Shown in pieces: positions 39,488-53,506 of a stretch of 64,000 nt of DNA (position 1 is the first letter of the stretch; each line of letters starts with the position of its first letter). This DNA comes from Octopus sinensis (lineage: Eukaryota). The notes under the pieces are model-generated. The model was not told where the DNA came from, searched no databases, and saw only the letters and a program-made list of their open reading frames with translations. The stretch covers positions 62,001-126,000 of the forward strand of contig NW_021836139.1 in assembly GCF_006345805.1 (NCBI RefSeq). The letters run 5' to 3'. Position numbers and translations under genes: made by a program.

Positions 39488-40235
39488 GAAAAAACAAGTC
39501 AAAATAGAAAATGCTAAAATAATTTTATAAAGAACATTTCAGTACCGGTTTCGGTCATTTTGAGACCTTTCAACTGTAACGATTAAATAATTAAATTTAG
39601 AAAAATTAAAAGAAAAGTTTTTTTAAAGGAATATTGTATAGTGTTCAAATATAAGTGGCATTCTGCCTTTCTCTGTCTCCCTTGTTTGCACTTGTGTGTT
39701 CGAGGCCGTTGTGAATTCTTGGTAGGGTAGAAGAAGAAGAAGGTTGATGAGGAGAGGGGGTGGGAAAATTTGGGAGTGCCTTGATGGTCGTATTTTGAAT
39801 GGTTAGTGACGGCTAGCAGTTGCAGTTCAATTCAGGAGAATATTTCTATTGAAAGGTTTGTTTATGGAATTTGCGTAGGTGTTATACTAAAAAGCATTAG
39901 TGATAAAGTTAAGAGGTAGAAGGTGGAGAAGCAGAAGAAGAAGAAGAAGATGACGATGTTGATGATGATGATGATGAAGAAGAAGAAGAAGAAGAAGGAG
40001 AAGGAGAAGAAGAAGATGATGATGATGGTGATGATGATGATAATGATGATGAAGAAGAAGAGGAAGAAGAAGAAAAAAGAGAAGGGAGAATATGAATGGG
40101 TGAAAGTAGTGAGGTGTTGTATGACTTGAAGTTGGCACGTTATGGATTATAGCTGTGATTGGGGCTGATTTGTAATGGATTCTTTGGAATGTAATATTTG
40201 TGTGTGTATTTCTTTTATTCTAAAGTTGAGGTATA

Positions 40236-41445
40236 TTAATCGTTTGTTGTAGACCCGTTAGGAAGTGGCCTGTATTTTGTAATAAAGAGAGTTTCTTTAC
40301 TTATTCGTTGTCTCGAGGTTGTATCGTCCCTAAATTGGTAGAGGGGGAAAATCCTGAAGCCTGGTGTTTTGTTGTTGGCGCAAGTATCTATGTATTGGTT
40401 GAAAGCTATTTTTCTGTTTTGGGGAATTTTTATCTGGGATCTGTGCAGGGCCATTCTTTTACGCAAACTACTTTTTGTTTGGCCTATGTACTGCTCTTGA
40501 CACCCGGAGCAGGTTAGTGAGTATATTAGGTTCTCCGAAGCACATGTGAAGTTGCTTTTCACTGTAAACCGTTGTCCCTGTTTGAAGGAGAACTCTGATC
40601 CATCAATTAGATAATCGCATATCCCGCAATTGGGTCTTCCACATTTTTTTACTGTCGGCTTCTGTGTTGAAGAGTGTATTCGGGCTTGTGTTAGGAGATT
40701 TTTCATAGATTTAGGCTGTCTCTTGCTTTTTATGATCGTGTGTGTTTGGAGGAGTGTGTTCATTCTGTGGTCTTTTTTTTAGGAGGGGTATGTTGTGGAC
40801 GATGGTGCCAAAGGCTTCATTATTGAGAGGGTTGTGCGTGGAGATGTATGGTAAGGCTTTTGGTCGTAAGTTTTTCTTTGATTTGGGATGTCTCAGTTCC
40901 TTGATGTTAAGTTGAAGGGCACGTTGAATGCACATGTCAATAAGTGAAGGTGGGTAGTTCTTGGTGATAAGGGTATTTTTTAGTTCTTGTAGTCGTGTGT
41001 CTCTGGTGTTTGCATTAGAAACTATAGTGCATATCCTTTTTGCTAGATTGAAGGGGATATTCATCCTGGTGTGTCTGGGGTGGCATGAATTGAATGGAAG
41101 ATATTGCTTAGAATCTGTAGGCTTATAATATATGTCTGTTTCTATTACATTATTAGCTTTCTTAATGAGGATATCGAGGAAGGGGAGTTGTTGCTGGCTA
41201 TATTCCATCGTGAATTGGATGTTTACGTCCAGTCCGTTTAAAATTTCTTGGAATTCTATGAGTTTTTCTATATTTTTATGCCAAAGAATGAAACAGTCAT
41301 CTAGATATCTCTTCCAGTTGTTTTCTATGTAGATGGAGAAAGGGCTGCCATATCTTTCTAGAACCTTACGATACAGACTGATCTCTAGATATCCTATGAC
41401 TAGGTTGGCAAAGGAGGGGCCATTCGTGTACTCATCGCAGTCCCC
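40236..41445 (-). pseudogene. PLE reverse transcriptase (C-terminal half) + GIY-YIG endonuclease, frameshifted
   Basis: GTAM..RMAP/SFANL, WKRYLDDCF, LPFLDI, YYKPTD..QYL...SCHP; Cys linker KCGRPNCGIC; NLIY..TC..C..QYIGQT...R...H. Frameshifts near 41418 and 40770. Confidence 0.93.
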
Positions 41446-41753
41446 GATAACACCTACGCAAATTCCATAAACAAACCTTTCAATAGAAATATTCTCCTGA
41501 ATTGAACTGCAACTGCTAGCCGTCACTGACCATTCAAAATACGACCATCAAGGCAATCCCAAATTTTTCCACCCCCTCTCCTCATCAACCTTCTTCTTCT
41601 ACCCTACCAAGAATTCACAACGGCCTCGAACACACAAGTGCAAACAAGGGAGACAGAGAAAGGCAGAATGCCACTTATATTTGAACACTATACAAATATT
41701 CCTTTAAAAAAACTTTTCTTTTAATTTTTCTAAATTTAATTATTTAATCGTTA

Positions 41754-41791
41754 CAGTTGAAAAGGTCTCAAAATGACCGAAACCGGTACTG
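41754..41791 (+). ncRNA. Minimal type-I hammerhead ribozyme-like motif in PLE pseudo-LTR, U3-A8 core
   Basis: CAG-TTGAAAA-GGTC-TCAAAAT-GACC-GAAAC-CG-GTA-CTG. The mirror copy at 39540-39576 (-) lacks one core A. Confidence 0.75.
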
Positions 41792-42257
41792 AAATGTTCT
41801 TTATAAAATTATTTTAGCATTTTCTATTTTGACTTGTTTTTTCATATATATCAACTCGTGTGTTCCTTTTCACCCATATATATATATATATATACATATA
41901 TACGACGGGCTTCTTTCAGTTTCCGTCTACCAAATCCACTCACAAAGCCTTGGTCGGCCCGAGGCTATAGTAGAAGACACTTGCCCAAGGTGCCAAGCAG
42001 TGGGACTGAACCCGGAACTATGGGGTTCGTAAGCTAGCTACTTACCACACAGCTACTCCTATGCCTATATATTCATATATACACACATACATAATTTTAT
42101 TACAATGTTACTATTATTTCACGTTACAGATTTTCAGTCACAAGAGGAACTGGAACGCGAAACTCCGAGTAGCAACTCACTTTTGATATTTATTAGTTTC
42201 TCCCTGTTCATTGTGTTTCCCATCTGTGGACGCCTCAAGACCATCATATGCGTGTGT

Positions 42258-42314
<57 letters not shown>

Positions 42315-42346
42315 TGGATAGATAGATAGATAGATAGATAGATAAG

Positions 42347-42417
<71 letters not shown>

Positions 42418-42758
42418 GTAGATAGATAGATAGATATATATATAGATAGATAGATAGATATTGACATAAAAGGCAGATTTTATCTGCCTCCCTTTGGGAG
42501 TTATACAATCTACAATATAGGATTTCTTCAATTACAATTTACCTAGCATTTTTAAGAGTACAATGCATCGCGTCATGCCAGGTCCAGTTTTTAAAATTTA
42601 AACTCCAATTAAGCAAAATTTACAGAAAACTCACATTCTGGTGTGTGTGTCAAATGCTTTTCTTAGTCTGGTTTACAGCACACGCAAACGCACACACACA
42701 GTGTGCAATGAATAAACTGAAACTAATTCACTGTGTGTTGACAGGTAGAAAATAGAAT

Positions 42759-42866
42759 GCGATGGCGATGGCTATGGCGATGGCGATGGCTATGGCGATG
42801 GCGATGGCTATGGCAATGGCTATGGCGATGGCTATGGCGATGGCGATGGCTATAGCGATGGCGATG
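42759..42866. repeat. (GCGATG/GCTATG)n hexamer repeat
   Basis: Direct reading, ~18 units. Confidence 0.9.
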
Positions 42867-43267
42867 TAATATTTGTTTCTCTCTATGACGCTCATAAAAG
42901 CATTGATGTACATGTGTGCGTGCGTGAGTGTGTGTGTGTCATTCCTCACACACACGCATACACATACTATATGAGAGTGGCAAACACAACGTTTCAAACA
43001 ACTACATACAAACACGTGTGTGTTTGTTATTAGTAAAAAAAGGCGCCAAAACACAACTCACTTATCATTCCAACACATTTGCAAAGACCACGGACGGTCG
43101 AATAACAATACAGAAAAGGTAAATTGGTTTTTATTTTACTCTGTATATTTTTATTATATAATATTATATATAGATATATGTATATATAATTGCAGTATGA
43201 AACAGTGTTTATGTATAAACAGACGACACTTATATATAGTTATTAATAAATGTATGCATCCGTTTAA

Positions 43268-44085
43268 CCTTTCGTTACCAAACCGCCCGAAAAAATTTTG
43301 GTTAATGTGACCAAGCCGCCCGAATTTACCTATTCATATTTAAATGAGAATATCAGAGTAAATCTCTTTAGAACATTCGTGAAAACACGCATTATACTTC
43401 ATAAACAGTTCAACTACAGTTTTGTACAAAAATCGAAGTGTAATTTTAATTCCGTGAATTATGGGAGATTTTTTTTCCGAAATTTGTTCCTGACAAAAAA
43501 TTTGTAATTCTGACAAAAAAGGATACGAATTTCATTATATCAAGCAGCGAGTCAGAATTCGAAGGATTTTCTACTGAAGACCTTCATAAATCTAACTCTA
43601 TGACTGAAAAAAAAAAGCATGTGGTATTTGATCTCAACCTAAACAAAGCGAAAGAAACGATAGTTTGTTATTTCCCACAACCTTAAATGAAATTAAGGCC
43701 TATTTTTGCCATAAATATTATTATGGGTATTAGAAAGTTACCCAGAATAACAAATTCTATCGTAAAATTTTGTTGTATACCCAATTGAATATTAGCTAAT
43801 AACCCATTTTCTATAGCGATGTTTGAACAAAATTTTAATAATTTTATATATTGTTGAATTTACCTGTATCTACCTGCAATTAGAGTCACTTTGTGACAAA
43901 AATTATAGTATAGAATTGGTTGAGAACATTTCACTAAATTATCTTCTTCAAAAATCAGATTAATGTATTCATAAATAAAAAAGTTATAGTTGTTTAATGA
44001 AACCAGACTAAATTTATGATTACGTTAGAAATTAATTGAAACACATAAGGGGTGTATTTTGGTCAGAAATATAGTAACGAAAGGG
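43268..44085 (+). mobile_element. piggyBac-type MITE/deletion derivative
   Basis: TTAA|CCTTTCGTTACCA ... TAGTAACGAAAGGG|TTAA; acidic SSESEFEGFSTEDL remnant near 43540. Confidence 0.85.
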
Positions 44086-44197
44086 TTAAGAAAAACCAAA
44101 AAATATTTTATTCTTTGTAAATGTCGTGTTCAAAATAACATTTTCTTTTAAGAATGTGTATATAACAAAGTATGTGTATATAACTACGTGGCTTATA

Positions 44198-44590
44198 TCT
44201 TATATATAAGAGTGAAGTTGTGTGTCTGTCTCCTACGATTTAGATTCGTAACTACTCCCACATTTTGCGGTGTAGTTTAACCAAAAGCGGGTATCTTATA
44301 GTCGTGATTCATATCGAGCCCTTCTGGGTATTAGCGCGCGTCTACGATGAGTCTACGATTTAAAAAAATTTACCATCATATTTTTCCATTTTAATGCATA
44401 TTTTTCGTTATTATATAAGGGAAGTAACTCTCTAAAAATATCTACGATGTGTCAACGATTTAAAAAAAAATTACCTTAATTTTTTTTCCATTTTAATGCA
44501 TTTTTTTGCTATTTTTTGGCTATAACTCTCTAAAAATGCTTATATAGTTATTTCCCTTACAAACCCGAGCAACGCCCGGCGATACTGCTA

Positions 44591-44591
<1 letters not shown>
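44198..44591 (+). mobile_element. Complete non-autonomous Helitron (394 bp)
   Basis: A|TC 5' end, subterminal CCCGAGCAACGCCCGG hairpin, CTAG|T 3' end, no TSD, internal tandem duplication. Confidence 0.88.
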
Positions 44592-44650
<59 letters not shown>

Positions 44651-45009
44651 CACACATATATAATTTTATTACAACGTTACTATTATTATTACTTGAGTTA
44701 TCATGTTTCTAATAAGAGCATCTTCCTTTATTTCATCTCTGCTGTTTTTACCCACCACCTATATTCACCAACATCATCATCATCAACCGCGATACTTCAC
44801 CTTAATCTCATCACGGTCTTGGTTATTATTACTATTATCAACCATGTCAATACTATTACAGTACTTATTGATGAAAGAAAAAATCAACAAACTCCTGCCA
44901 GGAACAAACATATGAGACGTTGGAAAGTAACACATAATAATGTAATATATTTTGTAGATTAGATCTTATATTAAACAGAACAAATGGCAAACAACTGCTT
45001 GTATTCATC

Positions 45010-45600
<591 letters not shown>

Positions 45601-45821
45601 TGCGTGTGTGTGCGTGCGTGCGTTTGTGCGTGGGTGTATCCATATATTACTAGGCGTAAGTTTATGTGTGTGTATATGTAGACGCAGACGTTGCTGTAAT
45701 GTTTAAGAAATTTGCTTCTCAAGCACATGGCTGCACAATAGAAGAAACTTGTCTTCTACAATAGCCTCAGTCCTATCAAAGGCTTGTGAGTGGCTTTGGC
45801 TGACAAAAGCTGAAAGATGCC

Positions 45822-46334
<513 letters not shown>

Positions 46335-46994
46335 ATATAATATGTGTGTGTAATTGTAGGTGTGTGTGCGACTGAGTATTTTTGTCTCCTTTGATATTGC
46401 ATGATTGTGATAAATGAAGGTCACTGACATACGAACAGTGTCATTCGTATTCGATATTCTGCCAAATCTTGTCAGACTATGGGTTGATATTACCTTACAG
46501 TGAAATAGGCATGGTTTGGAGGCAGGAAGGGAATTCGGCAGTGGAAAATTTGTTCTAATAAAACATATCTCACCGATGCAAGCATGGGAAAAGTGAATGT
46601 TGAGTCACTGATGATGTTAACGATGAATTATGCTTGCATACATACACGTGAGTGCGTTCGAGCGTGCGCGAGCTGTGAGTGTGTGTATGTGTGTGTGTGT
46701 ATTTAGTTTCTAATTATTTAAATTCTTCCTCTGAAGAAAGTGCAGGTTTCTGATAAGATCCAAAGCTCCATCGTCGGAATTTAGAAAACATCGTCACATT
46801 CTAAAAAGTTGCATATTTTCTCTTTCCACTCACAGATTGTATTTGTAATGTGTGAGTTAGTTCATTTCTTTTTCTGAAAATCCAAGCTTATCCAGACTGT
46901 CACTTAGGCATCTACTCACAAATCTAAGTGTGCACCAATTATTATTGGTGTAAATGTGAATTTGTATTCTAGATATAAAAGCTGGAGGTTTCGA

Positions 46995-47458
46995 AACAGT
47001 TGTCCATAGTTATACTCTTTCTCTTTGATTTTCAGAGATATTCACAACAGGCTGACCTCTATGACGATACATACCTTTTCCTGTTTCGCAATATCCGGTC
47101 TGTTATTTTTACCCTTGACTGATGTTTTCATAGGAATGTTCCTCGCGCATTCCTTATGTAGTTGTTTGTGTACGTAGTCAATAACAGAAGGATACGCTAT
47201 ATTCATTCCAGGACAGTATTATTTTTTTTCGGACGGCATTGCATATAGTTTTTGCAACAATGTCGTGTCACATAGAGAGGTCGTATCTTAATGATATTTT
47301 GGGGCAGATGCTAATCACATGTGTGATGTCTTCCACAGAAATATGATATAATCTACATTTTCGGTTACATCTTGCAACTTCAAGGGTTTCACTATGTATA
47401 TCGGGTATTTAGTAGCAGTCTCCTCTCCTTATATTGCAAATGTATAGCCTTCAAAGTG
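46995..47458 (-). pseudogene. REL-type non-LTR retrotransposon C-terminus (CCHC + restriction-like endonuclease)
   Basis: HFEGYTFAI*GEETATKY...CRLY...EDITHVISICPK...*HDIVAK...NRPDI...VIEVS...KEKEYNY. Confidence 0.75.
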
Positions 47459-47920
47459 CTTGGAATCTTGGCCAGTTGATGGCAATAGTTTCTTCACTGA
47501 CTTTGAAGGTTAGGGGATTGCAGGGAGTTTATCCTTCTCACCATTGCAACACAGTGCAGATGTCTCTCTAGGCTACTTCCTTGCTTTACAATGTATGCAC
47601 TCAGTTGTGACTGTACCAATGGAAACTCTAGTGTCATCTGCATAATGAACTGTTGGATCGTAATCGAGAGCTGTTTCATGGAAGTTGCTTCTCTGAGCTG
47701 TTGCAACTGTTCTTCGTTCTGCAGTGGAGATCCTATTCCTTGTCAGACGTGCATACCTCTGTTCATCACTTTAAGATGCTCTAGCTTTTGGAGTGCACAG
47801 TCTGTTCGTTTCTTGGTATGCTTCCATTTCTCCAGTTGTCTCTCTTTCACTGGACAGAGACATTCTTTTGGCTGACCTTTATACTGTAGACAAATTTGTC
47901 ATTTTCCTTCTAGGTGTAGT
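47455..47920 (-). pseudogene. Helitron Rep/Hel N-terminal zinc-finger relic
   Basis: ALDYDPTVHY...SIGTVTTECIHCKARK*PRETSALCCNGEK.KLP.IP...LL...SKHF matches the Helitron C..C.A.K...E....CC..GK..LP pattern. Confidence 0.8.
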
Positions 47921-48583
47921 TATATACATATACGGAAATACACAGGTGCAGAAGATAGTAAACAATGAAAATAACCAGGTAACGGAAATTTTATTTCTTA
48001 ATACGACGGGCAGAATGTAAATATGAAATTTTTACGGAAAATAAAGAATTGTACGGGTTGAAGCGAAATTAGTCAATTAGTGAACCAAAGAGCCAGTATT
48101 GAAGGAATCTGAAAAAAGCCGTTAACAACAGAAAAACACAAAATCGCTGCAAAAGTAAAATTTTAGGGAAATTAACTAAGTTTACGGATTGAAGTAAAAT
48201 TTATGAAGTTACTTCTATCAGTAAATTATGAACTTAATTTTAGTAGTAATTCCATTAACAACAAAAGTGTACAGAATGAAGGGAAATTTTTGAAGTTATT
48301 TCTGTCCGTAATTTATGTATGAAATAACTTTCATCAGTAATTGTGAACTTCTTTCTGTCAGTAGTTTGTAGTTGTTGTTTGTAAACAGCGATTGAAAACT
48401 TACAGTGAAAACAATAGCGATTGAACTTAAAGTGAAAACAATAGCATCTGAAAAATGAAAATGAAAACACTAGAGCGTGAGTGAAATATATATATATATA
48501 GAGAGAGAGAAAGAGAGCTAGCTAGTTAGAAAAATAAGATAGACATAGGTAGATATGATATGATATAGACAGATAGATACAGG

Positions 48584-48627
<44 letters not shown>

Positions 48628-48759
48628 GAGATAGATAGATAGATAGATAGATAGAGAGATAGATAGATAGAGAAATATAGATAGAGAGATATAGAGTGCT
48701 AGAGATAGAAAGAAATGGTTAGTGAGATATAAATAGAGCGATATAGACATCACTGACGC

Positions 48760-49090
48760 TAGAAAACTGGAAGTAAATATTTAAAAAACTTTCAATGACG
48801 TGAATCTAATATGAAAAGAATATTTTTGCTTTTTTATGACCAATGGATGTAAGGGAGACAATCAACTTCTGAAAGTTACTTCGCACAGTTACCTCCCTTT
48901 TCCACATAACCCAGGGACGGGGTTGTTCTTCCCCCAGGGGGCCTGATAGCATTATGTGAAAACTTTTAAATGTCTAAAACCATCGCTGGAACATAAGTAA
49001 TGTATGTTCCCAGTTTGGAGAAAATAAGATGATAAATCCAGCCGTTATAATATTTTACACACACATACACAGGACGGGATTTATATTATA
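48760..49090 (-). mobile_element. Probable Helitron 5' non-coding end
   Basis: Minus strand begins TATAATATAAATCCCGTCCTGTGTATGTGTG next to (TA)n, upstream of and co-oriented with the Rep relic. Confidence 0.35.
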
Positions 49091-49131
49091 TTCTGTTATA
49101 TTATATTATATTATATTATATTATATTATAT

Positions 49132-49180
<49 letters not shown>

Positions 49181-50337
49181 AGTGGATAAATGAATTATCT
49201 TATTACGGATAATTCGAAAGATAACCGATACCTGGGTAGCAAACTCACAACAGAAAGAGCACGGTTGAAGTTACGACCATAGGGCATATACTCCGTGCCT
49301 TAGTGCGGAAATTTGAAGTTAATTTAATATAATAAGTATAGGAAAGAATGGAGCTGACTTATTATATTAAATATATATATATTATATATATAATATATAC
49401 TTACAAATGCACAAAAAAGAATATACATTCAGACATTGTAGCAAAGATCAAAAATACATCTGAATTGTTATCACTATTCGCTGGTATCATCAAAATTTCC
49501 TCATTGCGTTATTATTTCTAGCTATTTCTAGTAATGCTGCCTGCATTAGATATTTTAAGAGTAACTTGACTATTCTTTTTTAACGCAATTTGAATTACTC
49601 GAGGTATTCATTCTCTAAATAATTGTTTACTTACAAACTATTCTTTCTCCATTATTTTGGCACGTCTAGACTCTATTGATGAGATCAGTATAATGCCAAA
49701 GCATGTCCAGCGTTGTCTCCCATAATAAAAATAATCACTCAATGAATGATATTCTTTTTTCCTAATCACATTATTATTTTCGAGAAACATATTGAATGCT
49801 TTTTGCATTAAATGCTTTTTGCATTAAATATAGTAACATTAATGTGTTTGTTGTCTTACTCTTATTGTTGTCTTATTTCTTAGTGTCAACCTGGAAATTC
49901 TTTTGGAAATAGCATAAATATCAAAATTATTGATTTGGGAATCATTAGCCATTAGGATACTTAATCTTGGAAGTTTGAAAATAATGGTAACAAGACTTAC
50001 AGCAAACTTTCAACTGGTCATGATTAGAATGCTGGGCCGTGACTTTCTGTCTATTCAAGGCTTGGAATCAATGATGAAAATAAGGTGAAATTCTAAGTTA
50101 GAATCAATAGAAAGCGAGTGAACATGTTTTAATTTACTGCAGTTTCGTTTCGACCTAAGCAATGATACTAAAGTGAAATAGAAACAACTTATGGTGAAAT
50201 GAATAATTTTCTCTTGCTGTTGGCTTTCTAATTTTTTTTTTGTGACAAATTTTTTCTTTTACCTTAGTATGCTTTTGCTACATATTTTATGTGTAGTTGC
50301 GAACTAACATAGACAATATTCTTATCAACCATCTTAC

Positions 50338-50370
50338 CCTTGGCTCTAAGGAACATTATGGATGTGATTA
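50338..50370 (-). CDS. Candidate 33-nt exon of an unknown gene
   Basis: Acceptor TTTGTTTTCTCGCACTTCAG, donor AGG|GTAAGA; only the phase-1 frame is open (VITSIMFLRAK). Confidence 0.3.
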
Positions 50371-51247
50371 CTGAAGTGCGAGAAAACAAATAGTAGGCGG
50401 CATCACCACTTAGTTGCTACGCATTTTCAGCTGTATAGCCTGAAGCAGTGCAAGTTAAAATGAATTTCTGAGGTACATATCGTGCTGTCCAGTCTAAGAA
50501 TCGAACCTACGATCTTATGATTGTGAGTTCAACATCCTAATCACTAGGTCAAGCACAACTACAAATATACTTCATTATACTGAATCACTTACTTTCCGTG
50601 TATATACTTTAGTATACTGAATGTTTCAATATTCATGCTGTGATTTGTGAAAAGTGAAATTTTAACAGTTGCCAACTAGAAACGAATTCGAAAAGTACGC
50701 TTTAAATAAAGCAGCCTTTCTACGAACTATAATCTATAGTCGCTCAGTAGATTGGTGAGAATAAATGGAACTTGATAACAGCTAATGATTTAGGCAACCA
50801 ATTGTTCTAATTCGTGCCTAAATCATTACAGCATTTATGCCGAGAAATTAGTAGTGGTGGGTTGGGGGCGATTTAAATGTATCAGCAATATTGTGTTTGT
50901 TTTAGATAACTGAATTTGGTTACGAGTCTTGCAAAATATTCTGATCTTAAATATATGTACATTGCCTCCATTTCACAAATAACAAAAAAAAAAAAAAGCT
51001 TCTGTATGATTCCCCGATCTATCAAATTATTCAGTCAACGGATCATATAGCATTAGATAAATGATGCCTGGCAAAAAAGATGATGATTATCATTGGGATG
51101 ATTTTAATCATACGTTTGCTCAAGCAGAGACAACTTTGTGCTAAAATACTAAAATTAACTAGCACCCTTCAGTACAGAAATGGCGGTCTGGTTTCTGTTA
51201 CTAGAAGCTAGTTTAGTGAAACTTCTTGCGCTGGCTTTTTAGTGGTT

Positions 51248-51662
51248 CCGGGCCGCGCTGGATTAACCATTAAGCAAAATAAGTACTTACTTAGGGCATC
51301 AAGGGAAGGGAGGCACCGCAGAAATAGTAAATGGTATACGGCACAAAACAAATCACTTTAAACTAGCTAAAATAGTATTCGGGATAACTTATCTCTACTA
51401 AGTATAGAAACAGATGTGTTACGTGTGATTATTTTGAGGATCTGATCAAAGACTTAGCATTTAAAACTAGTAGGAAAAACTTTTAGACTAAATATAAATT
51501 TGAAGCATACAAAAATAAACCTTATTTCCATCTTACTGCTGCTTTCGTTTCATTTTGAAAAATAAAAATTTATTTTATGTTTTATATTTTGAATTGCGTA
51601 CATATGGAGATACCAAAAGCTTTTAAGTGCTTAAGGCCTTTATAGCTCTTGATCCGGGCCTG
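51248..51662. mobile_element. Decayed hAT-like MITE
   Basis: Ends resemble CAGGGCCGGATTAA / TTAATCCGGCCCTG TIRs with GCTTAGGGC subterminal motifs. Confidence 0.45.
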
Positions 51663-52009
51663 AGTCTTGGGAAACAGCTTTCCTAATTGTTGTCTGCGTC
51701 CCTGATATCATGAATTGGACAATACTTGACAGTGAAATGGGTGCAAACATAACAAAGTATAAAGAGGTATGAAGGCAAATGTTTTAATCTAGATCTGATC
51801 AACATCGTTCGGGATTTGAACGATTGTTTTTACTATATCACCTGACTGACCTAATCTTTGTGAGTGAAACTGAGTAAACAAAAATTATGTGGTAAGTTCG
51901 TCAGTGTAGACCGGCTGGTGGGTAATGGGCATTGTTCATCATCCAATTTAAAGTATCTGTTTAGCTCACTCCGTTCTGCACCATGGTTTAATCTGAGGAT
52001 CATTCTTAC

Positions 52010-52067
52010 CTTTTCTCCTAGAAATCTCAGAGATTTTACAAAACATCGTATCCAACAGTGTTAAGCA
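52010..52067 (-). CDS. Candidate 58-nt exon of an unknown gene
   Basis: Acceptor TGTATTCTCCTCTTTTAG, donor AAG|GTAAGA; single open frame CLTLLDTMFCKISEISRRK ending in phase 1. Confidence 0.33.
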
Positions 52068-52321
52068 CTAAAAGAGGAGAATACATAAACACATACATAG
52101 ATGCAAACATTTACACACGCACACAAAATTTTACTTTGTCTGTGTGTAACAATAAGTTTGTTTATGATAGGTTACTACGATCTCCCAATCAGGATTTTTC
52201 ATATTTATGTGTGTAAGTGAATAGGAACCCACGCCCCCACCTACGCACACACACACACATACACACATACAAACACGCATGCACATACGCAAACGCATTG
52301 ACATATTTTATATACATTTAC

Positions 52322-52362
<41 letters not shown>

Positions 52363-52733
52363 TACATAAAAGTACATAAAAGCAAAGAGTACATGTTTGT
52401 TATATTCAAGTTGACAGTTATGTAAGATCAAAGCAATCTGGTAGAACATATGGCCACTAGGCTTGTCATGCCAGAGTGGCATTTAATCTATTGTCCAATA
52501 TGAAACTGAGAAACTAAAAAAAAAATCATTCTTTTCTTTTTCTCTGAAGAAATCAATAGACCATTGATTTGGCTCCTTTAACATTTTTCTTTTTACATTT
52601 AACACCAAAAAGATTATCATTATCATTATTATTATTATCATTACTATTATTGTTGTTCTCATCATTATCATCATCATCATCATCGTCATTGTTTTTGTTA
52701 TTATTATTATTATTGTTGTTGTTATTGTTGTTG

Positions 52734-52768
<35 letters not shown>

Positions 52769-52825
52769 GTTATAATAATAAAAATAATAATAATTATTAT
52801 TATTATTTTAATTTTTTTTATTATT

Positions 52826-53381
52826 GAGTGGGAGGGCAGTGAATGCTATCAGAGTGACACTGGGGTAAAATATACGAAACCCAGTATACCCATCATAACT
52901 ACCCATCTGATAAGGGTAGGTCAGGCACATACATTACAGCTATATGTGCGCGACATGGTGATCTCATATCAAGATAAACAGCGCATGACCTTGCAAGTGG
53001 GGCCCAGTGAGAATTTTCTTCAGGTTGAGTAACACAACCCGCTTAAAAGGTCCCTGAGTAAGGGTTGTTTAAGGATGTTGAACGAAAAACCCATGTTTCC
53101 AAATGTGAATTATCCAAACCCCAAATAATTCCTCTAAACACATGGTTATGATGCTCTTCCACTACTTCTACTCGTGATCAGAGATGCACATATCGTCAGT
53201 CACTAAGGGACATGCTCAACTGGTTAAGGTCAAACAACTGACAAGCAAATCTGTGGTATTGAGCAGAATATTTGCTGTAGCCCATCTTTTATACCAAGAC
53301 AAAATAATATACATAACAACACTTCCAATTAGTTAAGATCAGAAGCCATGAGAACCACTGCCTGGTACTGCATCAGGGCAT
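52826..53381 (-). mobile_element. ~555-bp non-coding element inserted in (TAA)n; further copies 53691-54333 and 55060-55296
   Basis: Three co-oriented homologous copies; the two long ones are bounded by (TTA)n. Strand assignment is inferred. Confidence 0.8.
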
Positions 53382-53415
53382 AATTATTATATTATTATTA
53401 TTATTATTATTATTA

Positions 53416-53460
<45 letters not shown>

Positions 53461-53468
53461 CATCACCA

Positions 53469-53506
<38 letters not shown>

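Larger units (their letters stand above)
39488..41843 (-). mobile_element. 5'-truncated Penelope-like element (Neptune-type) with inverted pseudo-LTRs
   Basis: Arms 39488-39885 and 41447-41843 are near-identical reverse complements flanking RT/GIY-YIG coding sequence. Confidence 0.93.
39343..42066 (-). mobile_element. SINE family 1 split by the Penelope-like insertion
   Basis: 3' part 39343-39486 and 5' part 41880-42066 are colinear across the PLE, which sits in the SINE's (TA)n tract. Confidence 0.8.

Noticed and set aside
41447-41526. N-terminus of ORF 40711-41526 (MTASSC...)
   Set aside because: It is read from the inverted pseudo-LTR; real RT homology starts at ~41445.
42759-42866. GDGYG/AIAIA repeat protein
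   Set aside because: The GDGY frame has a stop just upstream and flanks are simple repeats; treated as a hexamer microsatellite.
53320-53381. HDV-like or hammerhead ribozyme at the end of the TAA element (CTGATG...)
   Set aside because: I could not assemble P1/P1.1 or a GAAA box.
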